Source: Lama guanicoe
Taxonomy: Eukaryota
Assembly: GCA_013239625.1 (NCBI GenBank)
Contig: MU053911.1
Span: forward strand, 1-59,417
Length of the DNA stretch: 59,417 nt
Direction: 5' to 3'
Part shown: in pieces, positions 38,808-50,689 of the stretch
How positions within the stretch are numbered: position 1 is the stretch's first letter
Layout: every line of letters begins with the position of its first letter
The notes under the pieces: model-generated
Seen by the model: only the letters and a program-made list of their open reading frames with translations
The model's database searches: none
What the model was told of the DNA's origin: nothing
Position numbers and translations under genes: made by a program

Positions 38808-38910
38808 ATGCTGGAGGTAGCCTGCATCCCCTCTTGAGAGCTGTTAAATTTTCAGAATTTGGTGAGACAATTCTTAAGCATAGCCAGTATTAACAATTAA
38901 ATTAACAACA
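38808..38910. mobile_element. hAT DNA transposon relic (MER63-like end)
   Basis: tgctggag...gagagctgttaaattttcagaattt...agccagtattaacaattaaatta resembles a recalled MER63 terminus. Confidence 0.4.
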
Positions 38911-39177
38911 ACCAAGTTAATATTTTTCATATGAGAACATTTTACTTTGGTCAGTGAAAAACCTTCTTATTTGGGGAGTGTTTTAAATGAATCATCTTCA
39001 ATTTTTTTAAAGACAAAATTTCCTTGAAGTCACACTATCTACCTTGGATAGTTACATATGAAAGCAGTGCATGGAAACTGATGGCAAGAGACTACTTATA
39101 TAACACACTTCATCTTTCTAGTTCACCTTACCTTTAAAACTATGAAGCTGCTGCACAATTCTGCAGAAGATTAGAGT

Positions 39178-39505
39178 CTGGACTTGGAGGGCATTATGCT
39201 TAGTGAAGTAAGTCAGACAGAGAAAGACAAATACTGTATGATATCACTTATATATGGAATCTAAAAAAGAAACTAGTGAATATAACAAAGACACAGACAC
39301 ACAGATACAGAGAACAAAGTAGTGGTTATCAGTGGGGAGAAGGAAGTGGGGTAATTCAGGGGTACAAAGCATTAGGTATACAGAAAATAAGCTACAGGGT
39401 AGGTTGTAGGTTGTACAGCACAGGGAATAAAATTATGAATCATTACGTTGCACATCAAAAACTTAACTAATACTCTGCATCAACTATATTTCAATTTCAA
39501 AAAAG
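39178..39505 (+). mobile_element. L1 3' end
   Basis: ggacttggagggcattatgcttagtgaagtaagtcagacagagaaagacaaatactgtatgatatcacttatatatggaatc...caactatatttcaatt. Confidence 0.85.
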
Positions 39506-39592
39506 TGAGTATCATTTCTATGTATTTTACCCAGAATAGGAAAAGAATTTTTACTTTATTTTACCATAGACTGATGTAAAAATAATCGTTGA

Positions 39593-39675
39593 ATTTTTTT
39601 TTTAATAGAGGTACTGGGGGTTGAACCCAGGACCTCCTGCATACGCAATCTATCACAGAGCTATACCCCTCCCCC
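39593..39675 (-). mobile_element. tRNA-Ala-derived SINE (vic-1-like), antisense, internally deleted
   Basis: T-run followed by gaggtactgggggttgaacccaggacctc...gagctatacccctcccc, the reverse complement of the SINE head at 17491. Confidence 0.75.
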
Positions 39676-39849
39676 TAAGAACAATTCTTTCTTATTATCC
39701 CAATCATTGGTATTTTTCCAATTGCCTATTTGATGTCCATACTAAGAATTATGTAATAAAAAGTGTTTAGTAGTTTAAAAAAAAAGGGAAAAAACGTCTG
39801 GTAACGGACTCCACAACACCTAGTGTTGAAAAGCGCTTCAGAGGACGGC

Positions 39850-40900
39850 AGCCTGGGGCCCGGGCCTGGGTCTCAGTGTTGCTGATGAAGGCCAAACTCT
39901 CGATGCACCGCGTACGCAGGTGTTTTAAGTCTTCAGGCCAAACACCTGGAAGGAACCGCGCGAGCCAAGCGCCCGGAAGTACTCAGACCCGCGAGAGAAT
40001 GGCCACGGCTCGCCCAGGACCAATCTCCAGCACCCCGCCCCTGCCGGAAGTCCTCGCCCCCCGCAGCGGGCATGAGGTTCTCGCCCGCGGCGTCTGACGT
40101 CAGCGTCTGCGTCACGACGTCGCGCTAACGGCCGAGCGGCGGTTGGCAGCCCGCGCTGCTTGTCGCTGGGGCCCAGGGACACCGAGGCCGGGCCTCCTAC
40201 CGCAGCGCCAATGCCCGTTTGCGAAAAGGCGGGGCTGGCGTCCGGAGGGTTTGCAGGCTTCCGCCCTGGAGGAAGTCTGGGTGGCTCAGCACGTCCAGCG
40301 ATTTCGCCGCAGAGCCCGCTGGCCAGGGCCTCGCCGCCCCACCCCGGAGCCCGCCTGCCAGCAGCCCCCGCAGGTACGCCGAAGGGCGAGGCGCGGCCCG
40401 GGTCGGGTGGGGGCTGTCGCTGGGCTCTGCCTTGCTTTTTTTCCCTTCTTCTTTTTTTTTTTTGTGGTAAGAAGATTTTTTATTTGAAATACGCTGACCA
40501 ACACGAGTGTAGAGCCAAGAACAGGAGGGGCTGGCCTGCCTGGGGAGAGTTCACGTATTCCCATGTCTGTGTGCCCCAAACCCTGCTTCCAGGAAAGGCC
40601 GAGCAGCCGCCGAGCAAGGGTGCAGAGTGCCTTCTGCCTGGCTTTCCTGTAGGTCTGTTTCTCCGGGTTTTCGCTGCCTTGCTTCCCTCCGTTTTCCTGC
40701 TGCGTGGTGGCCTCGGGCCGGGCCTGCTGCTTCTGGTGGAGAAACGGGGCCAAGCGTCCCTGTCCTCGCGTCCCCCCGGCCCCGTGGGTCATGTACCGTC
40801 CAAGGGCTGGGAGTGGCCACCCGGCTAATCCTTGAAGGAGAGCCAGAAGTCTGTCTTCGTGGTGGGAAGTGACCGCTGGAACTTGGGCACAGTGGGGGTG
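39850..40900 (+). promoter_or_regulatory. CCDC7: CpG-island promoter and probable non-coding first exon of CCDC7 (candidate donor CAG|GTACGC after 40373)
   Basis: CpG-dense. CCGGAAGT at 39973-39980 and 40044-40051, CCAAT 40020-40024, GC box 40033-40041, TGACGTCA 40095-40102. It lies ~2 kb upstream of the acceptor (42361-42363) of the ATG-containing exon. Confidence 0.75.
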
Positions 40901-41269
40901 GGGCAGTATCCGCCGCCTGCCTTCGTCAGGAGAGCGGAAGGAAATGTGTGACCTTGAGTGTTTTCTTGTGAATACAAGTATTCATTGTCTGTAGTTTTTG
41001 TTTTTAAATTTCTGTGAGCTCCGTGGGCCCATTTGTTGGGAGGTTCTGTGGCCCCTGGTGAGTGCCCCTTCCTTTCCTGTTGGTGTCTTGAATGAGCCCA
41101 CATGTCTGCCCCCTCCTGCCTGCTGCTCTAGACACACTTTCCCTGGGGTCTGTGTAGGAAAACCCATTTCCTCTCGTTGGCTCAAGGCCATCGTCGGAGC
41201 AGTTCCCTCACTCCCAGCCACATCCAGTTTGCTCTCTGCTGAATCCTTTACGTCAGCAAAGCGCTACTG

Positions 41270-41750
41270 TGGCAGAGAGCCACCGACAGGGTGGCTTGAA
41301 ACCGTTGTGAGACAGGGTTACTGTCTGACAGCTTTGGCGTCTTGGAGGCTGAAATCAGTGTCTCCCCTGAAGGTTCTAGGGAAGAATCTTCCCTGGCTTC
41401 CTGGTTTCTGGTGGATGCTGGCAGGCTTTAGCAGGGCTTGCAGCTGCACGGCTCCAGCCTCTGCTCTTGCCCTGTCATGGCCTTTTCTGTATGTCTTGGT
41501 GCAAGTATCTTCACGTGGCTTTATTTTTTTTTTGTGAATACTTTTGCCTTTATTGGTTTAATTGAGGCTCTGCACATGACTTTCTTATAATGACACCAAT
41601 CATTGGATTTAGGGCCCAACCTAATCCAATGTGACCTCCTCTTAACTTGATTACACCTACAAAGACTGTATTTTCAAATACCGTCATATTCCCAGGTGCT
41701 AGGAGTTAGGACTTGAACATATCTTTTTTGGGGGACAGTTTAACCCACAA
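41270..41750 (-). mobile_element. MLT1-type MaLR LTR
   Basis: cttataatgacaccaatcattggatttagggcccaacctaatccaatgtgacctcctcttaacttgattacacctacaaagac...gggacagtttaacccacaac. Confidence 0.75.
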
Positions 41751-42410
41751 CGGGACTAGTCTAGGTGTGGAGTGCTTCAGACAACAAAGAATGACCAGTG
41801 CTCTTCTGTCTTAATTTTGCCAGTCTATGGGACAACTCCCATGATCAGGCACATAATTTAAAACTGCTTGGGGAGGAGGCATTGTCCTGAGTCTTAATCA
41901 GCTTTGGAAAGAGAAAAGTAGAGGAAAGAAAGTTTAAGGCTTGCCCTGTCTGTACTTCCTTACCCCAGCATGGGTTTGGTGCCGCCCTGACATTACTCTG
42001 CTGATACCCTGAGAACAGGCTGTCACTTCTGTGGAAATAATGATATATATAAAAGGTGTATATTAGTTCAAGAATGGGGGAAAGGGAAGAATAAAATTTT
42101 TAAAGTTTTCTAAATACATTCTCTTATTGCTGCCACTATCTTCTTCCCTCCCTTCAGTTCCCATGCCTGCACATGAATCAGCTTTCAGTCACCTTTAGGA
42201 ATTTCTCACTGGTTTTTTTTTTTTTTAAATTTGTTGTTAGTTAGGAATGTTTTCCTTTCTGTTTTGTAGTTTCTCCTGAGTTGATTTTGGGATTCACCGT
42301 CCTCATGGCAACTGATAATCCTGCTGTCATTTTTAATCTGAAATCTTAATATTTTATTCACAGGGAGGAATAAAATTTTTTCATCTATAATTCAGAAGCT
42401 AAGTAAATAA

Positions 42411-43140
<730 letters not shown>

Positions 43141-43709
43141 TAGTCAGTGCCCGCTATGTTAACTCTTCTCTGCACTGTAGAAACTTTGGCTCTTAATGTT
43201 GGGGGAAAAATCTCCCTTTCTTTGATTTCTTTTTTTGCATAGTTATCCAGAATTGCATTGTAAGTGTTCCGACTACCAGGTGAGAACGATGAGGAATAGC
43301 AGACATACTTTCAAAATCCAAGTTTGCTCAAAGTTCAAGGGGTTATCCCAGAGAATTTCCTTTAAAAATGTATTGCTTTCTGGTCTCCATCTCTGTTTTC
43401 CCCACTCTCTTCAAAGAAGAAAGTTGGTCAGACTTGGAAGGTACTTTGGTAGTAAGTAGAGTTGATGTTTCAACGATTCATAGACTCTCTTCAGCACAGA
43501 AATGAAAGAGTCGTAGGGCCTCTCTTCATTGCTAGGGAGGAGGATCAAGGACTGTTGCCCTTAATTCTTCAGGGTGATATGAGGTGGAAAATTTATGGCA
43601 CTGGCAGAAATAAGTCTTATGGTTCTGACATGATTGTTCAATATCTTTCTACATTTAACTAATATTTTTACATTATGTGTGTTCATAATTTGCTTTGTTT
43701 TTCTTATAG

Positions 43710-43802
43710 ATTGTTTCTACTTTCGAAGAAACCTATGGATTTAATGTTCAAAATGGAAAAGAACAAGTTGTAAAGCCTGAAGATGAAGGATTAACTTCAT
43801 CT
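43710..43802 (+). CDS. CCDC7: CCDC7 second coding exon (31 codons)
   Basis: tttttcttatag| IVSTFEETYGFNVQNGKEQVVKPEDEGLTSS |gtaagt, phase 0/0; matches recalled human VVSTLEETYG...NGEEPFVKHEHEELSLS. Confidence 0.9.
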
Positions 43803-45709
43803 GTAAGTATATGTAACTGTAACATAGAGACATTAACACTGAAAAGGGCTAAGGTTTTCTTTTAGAGTCTGTGTACGTTCTCAGAATGAATTCCTCATCC
43901 ATGAAAATGATCTTCTTAGGAAACTTGAAAGTAGTGTGCTGATTTTCCCATCCTCTGCCAACACTTACCTTAGGGTTTAATTAAGGCATACCTACATCTT
44001 GAGCATACTTTTAATGCTAATGCCTCTCTTGTTTAATAGTTAAGCTGGTGGGTGACTGTTGGTTTGAGATGTATATTCTTTAGTATGTTAAGAATATATT
44101 ATTTTATTTCTAGTTTGCTAAATTAAAAAAATGAAAACAATAGAGGTTACTGAGTTTTGACAAATGTCTTTGTTGTGTATGTTGAAGTGATATAACTGTT
44201 AAAGTGATTGTGTTTTCCTTCAGTCTATTGATGAGAGAAATTATTTTACATATTTCTTAATAGTCAACTGTGCTTTAATACACTTTACTAATAGAGTGTT
44301 ATTATTCTATGTTAAAATTAGTTTTTTTTAAAATTACTCTTCTTAGGAACTGAATTTGGCTCCGTGTAATAAAACACCTGTATTGAGTCAACTTATGAAC
44401 ATGGTATATTTCTCCATTTATTTGATTGGTTCTTTGTCTTGTTTGATTTATTGCATCAGCATTTTGTAATTTTCATAATACAGATCCTATTCATGACTTG
44501 CTAGACTTAGACATTAATAGTTCATTCTAGGGGGAATGATTTTTAATGGTATGTTTTTAAGTTCACTTTCTTCCTGTTTGTAACTAGTATATAGAGATAT
44601 GATTGATTTTTGTGTGTTGATCTTACATCTTGCAAGCGTGCTCAATGTACTTTTTCACTCTAGGAGTTTTTCTGTGGATTCTTTGGGGTTTTCTTCTTCA
44701 GACAATTATGTCACCTTCAAATAGGAACAGGTTTACCTCATTCTGTCCAATCTGATTGCTTATTTCCTTCCCTTGACTTACTGTGCTGGCTCTGGCCTCC
44801 AGTATTATATTTAATAACAGTGACGAGAGCAGACATCCTTGCTCATTCTGACTGCTGCTTCCAGACAAGCATGGAAGTTTACTTCCCTGCCTCACTCCAC
44901 CTACACCACTCTGGTGGGGGAAATGGAGGGCCAACTTTCACTGCCACATTATTTTTCGGCCCTGTTGACACATAGGGTGGTGGTGTAGTGTTTTCCTTGG
45001 TATTTGGTTCAGGGAGGATAGTATTGTCAAAAGTTTTGTGTTACGGCAGAGGTGCCTTTTCACAGTTCTTAGGATTTTCTTGGGGCTTTTTTTTTTTTTT
45101 TGGATCTGTGCTTGACAGTTGCCCCATCCATTTTATATGTAGGTAAAAGAAAACCCAAGGAACTCACGTGTTCCTCAAGTCCCAGTATCCCTGTCTTCTC
45201 TTTCCACCTTTCAGAACCTTCCTGTGTTTGTCACTGTGCTGTGTCTAGTGTGTTCAATTGTAGGAGGGAGGGTTAGAGGAATGGATCTAGTCTGTGATGA
45301 CCAGAACAGGAAGTCCAAAATTATCTTTGATACAGTTCTGTGTTCTGATGTCGTCTTTATCTGATATCACCTTTCATATGATTAGTCATTGCATGTTACA
45401 TCTTCTTTCAAACTTTTACTTCCAAGCTATCTGTGATTATGTATTTACTGTGTATCTCTCTGAAATACAATATAGTTGTCTTGCTTTTTTATTCAGTCTG
45501 ATAATCTTTGTCTTAATTGGTGTGTTTAGTTCATTTACATTTAATTGATAAAATTCAATGTCATGTCACATGATTTATTGTTATAAAATTTTATAGAAAT
45601 AATATCAATTAAGTCTACTATCTGGCTTTGTTTTTATTCTATATGTTCTTTGTTCCTTTACCTTTTTTCTGTTTTATTTAGGTTAATTATGTATTTTCTT
45701 TTTTAGCCT

Positions 45710-45710
45710 T

Positions 45711-45787
<77 letters not shown>

Positions 45788-45788
45788 T
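45710..45788. repeat. Long poly(T) tract (~75 nt, interrupted by C)
   Basis: Directly visible homopolymer. Confidence 0.95.
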
Positions 45789-48700
45789 GGCTTTTTAGCT
45801 ATGTCTTTTTTTGGGCTTGCTGTAGGGATTCAATACATATCTTAAACTTATCACAGTTTATCTTCAGTTAATATTATCTTCATTTCTAATGTGAGAACTT
45901 TACAGCAATATAAGTCCATTTACCACACTTATGTGTTTTGTATTATTGTTATTGTTTACCCTTTTTTCTTGACTGTTTTAAAGATTTTCTCTATCTTTGG
46001 ATTTCATCAGTTTGCTAAGACATGCCTAGGAGATGTTTTCTGTATGTTCTGTTTGGAAATCATCAAGCTGAATCTTTGAGATGATGTTTTTCATCAGATT
46101 TGGAAAATTTCCATTCATTATTTCTTCATGTTATTTACTGTCTCTCTTCCCTTTTTTATGAGACTCCAATTATACATATATTATACTGCTTGATATGATG
46201 TAATAAGTAACTGTTTACTTATTTTGATGTTTTCTCTTTCTGTGCTTCAGTTTGGACAATATCTATTATTTCAGATTCACTCTTCCTTTCTGTGGTGTCA
46301 GATCTGTTAATAAGCTTTATCCAGGGAAATTTTTATTTCAAGCATTGTAATTTTCACATTTAAGATTATCTTTTGGCTCCTTCTTAGGGGTTTTTATATT
46401 TCTCCTGTTAGAGATGGATACTTCTCTTTACCTAGTATATCTGTCTTTTCCTGCAAATTCTTTTGTCTTACCAATAGTAGAGTTCTAAAAATTTTGTGTC
46501 TGTGAATTCCAGTATCTGGGTTATCAGTGTGTTTGCCTGAACTATTTTTTCTTTTCATTATAGATTATATTTTCCTGGCTCTTTGTATGTTTTGCAGTTT
46601 TTTTAAATTGGATCCCAAACACTGTATTTAGAAGAACGCTGGAAATTGTGATACTATATTTTGTTTTGTAAAGAAGGCTTGCCCTTTCCATTCTGGCATT
46701 TAGGGTGAAGGGCTCGTCATTCCCCATCCTCTGAGAGTTGAGCAGGAACTGATCCATGTGCTTAGTCAGACTGAGCTCTTATCTAATTTGTCTTATCCAT
46801 AATCTCTCCTGTGGCTGCTTCCCCTAAGCGGCTGATTCCTTTGATCTTGCCAGTGTTTTATTTTATTTTTATCGCATTAAATTTTTAAAAATGGAAGTAT
46901 ACTTGATGTACAATGTTATGTTAGTTTCAGGTGTGCAGCAAAGTGAGTTATATGTATTATTTGTCAAATTCTTTTCCATTATAGGTTATTATAAGATATT
47001 GAATGCAGTTCCCTGTGCTATACAATAGGTTCTTAATGTTTATCTGTTTTATATACAATAGTGTGTATCTTAACTCCAAGCCAATATTTTAGCTAGCAGG
47101 AGTTTAGACCTCAACTTTAGATAGTTTTGATTCAGTCCTGGCAGAGCTTCAAAGTGCAATTACTGCAAGAATGTGTAGGATGAGATCTGTCTGCTTTTTA
47201 ATTCCTCCTTTATAGTGGTTGTTAATAACTGCCACCACAATCAAACTATAAAGCATCTTCATTATTCCAAAAAGCTCCTTGTACCAATTTGCAGTCAGTT
47301 GTCTCCTCCTTCTCCAGCTCCAGATAGCCACTGATTCGTCACTATAGTTTTGCCTTTTCTGGAAGTCATCTAAATAAAATCATGCAATATGTAACCTTGT
47401 TTAGCTAGCTTTCCCCATTCCCCTTGCATCATAATGTTTTTGAGATGCATCCATGTTGTTCTGTGTATAAAAGTTTGTTACTTTTACAGTGAAGAGTATT
47501 TGATTTCATGGCTGTACCACAATTTGTTTATCCATTCACTGGTTAATAGACATTTGGATTGCTGGATCCAGTAGCTGTTTTGGCTGTTACGAATAAAACT
47601 TCTATGAACATTTGTGTACAAGTCTTTGTGAGGACATACGTGTTCATTAGTCTTGGATAATTACTTAGGAGTAGATTAGTAGGTTATATTTGAAGTATAT
47701 GTTTAACTTTATGAGCAGTTGCTGACTGTTTCCCAACATGGCAGTACCATTGTATATTTCTACCAGCTCTATATAAGAGTTTCAGTAACCCCACATCCTT
47801 ACCCAAATTCCTAATGGTATGAAGGCCTCCTTCTTGGCCTTCTGCCACCTTCTTGGCAGATTTCAGACGGGAAGGAGTTTGCTGGGAGAAAAACAGTTGT
47901 GTTGAGTGATTTTCTTAGGGAGCTCCCCGTCATTCTAGTCTATCTGCTGGCCTAAATGGCTGTCAGACGCTCAGCTGGTTTTTCTTCATCCTCTGAATTC
48001 TGTTTGTCAATGGCAGCCCCGCTTTCTGACTGCACATGCTAAGCCAAATGTCTCCACTGCCGTACTCCCTCTACGTATGGATGTGGCCTTGGTTTTTTGC
48101 TTATGTACGAAGTGTTCTGTGGCAAGCAGTTCATCAGGTTTTCCTCGTATTCTTGGTATCCTCAAGGAAAGCATGATGATGATTTTATTTTATATGTTTT
48201 TTCTTTTGGTGGTGCTAACACTGGAGTGAAGGCCTCTCTCTTGTTCCTATTTGTACCCTAATCATGAGTGTTATTTCTGCACCTCTTTTAGAGATCCTTT
48301 GTAGAAGAGCTGCCCAACATTCCTTTTTGTTTCATTGGCCTGATTGGGACACACGGCTACCCCGTTGGTAAAGGAGGTTGGCAGATTTTATAGTTACTGC
48401 TATTAGTACCTCTGCACATTGCCATCCCCAGCAAAACTGAGGTCCTGTTAGTAAGGAAGAAAAGAAGAATCAGTGTAAGGAAGGCAGCTAATAGTTTCTA
48501 TTACAAAGATGCTCTGCTTGTCTCACAACACTACTGTTCTCATAAATTTTGAAGCTTTTGACATCCATGTAGAAGACCTTTCCAAATTATCTGGCATCAC
48601 AATTCATGGAAGTTTTTCCTCCTATGATCTTGTCTCTGTCCCACATCAGCCACTTACTGACAAGATGATACCCTCTATGTCCTTGTTGTAACCCATAACT

Positions 48701-49800
48701 AACTTCTCTGTAATTTAAGTTTCAGTCATCCTAATCTCTGGCCACTACCTCCTGTGTTTCCCATTCAGTTTGTTATTTGTCTGTCCAGGTCCTCTGGATT
48801 CATTGGGAAACATAGTCCGTTGGTCCTGCTACTTTTTACTGTCCCAGATCCCTCTTGCGTTCTTACTTATCTTGCTTGAATTTCGTAGTCCACTATTTTT
48901 GCTCCTGTTCATATGTCCTTATCCCTCTTGCCCTGTCCTGCTTCATTGATCTTACTTTGTTAAACTGCAGCCTTCATCAGCTTGTTCGTCCTCTCTCTAT
49001 TGTGACACCTGAATGTGGGTGGAAGAAAATCCCGAAGTATGTGAAATGGTCTCACTTAACACTTGTGATTAGTAACTCTAGTTCATTCATTTTCCCCCAT
49101 CCTGAATGAGTTTTCTCCCCTCTCTCCTATGTGATTATAGGTTTTTACTATGATAAAAAATGAATCAATGAGTGTGTTTAAAATTTAATGTTGAGGAACA
49201 TATTCCTCATGGAGAACCCTTTATGAAAATTCTAACTGTATGTGAGCACCTGAGATTCATTTATCATGTGCCTGTTCTCTGACTTATAAATCACTGCTCT
49301 ACTAGAAGAGATTCATTCATTGTGTTGTTTTAATACATAACTTTCTTTCCTCAAAATTTTCTATTGTTCATTAAGTGAGGGTGAAAGACTATGTCTCTGG
49401 GCAAGTGTACCTAGAAGTCATAATCAGCATTCAGTTTTTAACAAAAGAAGTTATTTATAAGGTATATACAAGTGTGTAATTTTTTTTTGGCTACTCTTCA
49501 ATTTCAGGAGTCCAAGGCTGGGGTGCTTGATTTTCTGCAGCTGTGTAGAGGAGGATGCGAGGAGAGGCACAGCTGGGACTGTGGCATCAATGGACCGCTC
49601 CCCAGAGTGTGCTTTCTTTCATGCTTTCTGGGAGAATCTGCTCATATAGCATTGGCTTCTTGTCTTATGCAGTTGAAAGGACATAAATTACACACATGAA
49701 ACTCTTTTTAAAAGTAGTTAAACATACTAAAATATAGATGCATGTGCATATGGATTGTGAAATGAAAGTAACTTTCTGTTTTATTGCTTTTTTTCATAAG

Positions 49801-49884
49801 GTTGGGGATGATCTGAATTCATTCTTGACAAATTGTTCAGAATTTGCAACTCAGTTAGAAGAAGCAGCTGACGAAAAATGTAAT
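49801..49884 (+). CDS. CCDC7: CCDC7 third coding exon (28 codons); gene continues beyond the window
   Basis: tttttttcataag| VGDDLNSFLTNCSEFATQLEEAADEKCN |gtatgt, phase 0/0; matches recalled human [28 protein letters not shown]. Confidence 0.9.
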
Positions 49885-50689
49885 GTATGTATTTTGTATA
49901 AACTGCCAAGTATGAAGTATTACCTAGTATTTTCATTATTAGTTACCAATCATATTAGTTAGCCATAAGGCAATGTTAACTAATAATAGGTATTAATTAA
50001 ATTACTAGTTATTAACAGTCATTGTAGTAATAAAATATTAAATGTTATATTGTTGGTTTGAACTTGAATATGATAATCCAGTCAGCAATATTGGTCTACA
50101 TATGGTGCCTCAGTTAGTTAAAAGGACATTAGAAAGCATAATTTATTTCTTTTATTCTTTAAAAATTTTTTTAATATTTTAGAATTTATTTTATTCTTAA
50201 CACAGCCGTTTATATCTGTGAATTTTTAAGTACAACATTGACTGGATCATTAGTATTTTCATATGTAATATTTGTGTTTTACTGTGTTTTTTAATAAGTA
50301 AGTTACAAAAATTTCATAATTAATGAAAAATTTTAAAGAAGACGTACAAAAAGAAGAAAATAAAAATCACCATATCCTGTTTCCCTGAGATAATCAACTG
50401 TTGTTAACATATTTTTGTTTACTTTTCTGTTTTTCCATAGTTACCATATTATTCTTAAAGTTAATACTATATATTATTTGGTAATGCATTTTCTTATTTT
50501 CTGAGTTTTGAAAAGCAACATTCATTGTGCTTTATCTGATTATGAAAGTACTGTAGAACATTTGAAAAAGTGAAAAAAGTACATAGGAAAATAAATCATG
50601 TGTAATCTTACTCTATAATGTTATTGGTGCTTAGAGTATATTTTCTGTGAATGTATATACACACACATGCACATTTATATACATACTTT

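Noticed and set aside
40143..40872. Long ORFs (up to 222 aa) in the CCDC7 CpG island
   Set aside because: Low-complexity GC-driven frames that cross a poly(T) tract; the conserved CCDC7 start is at 42417.
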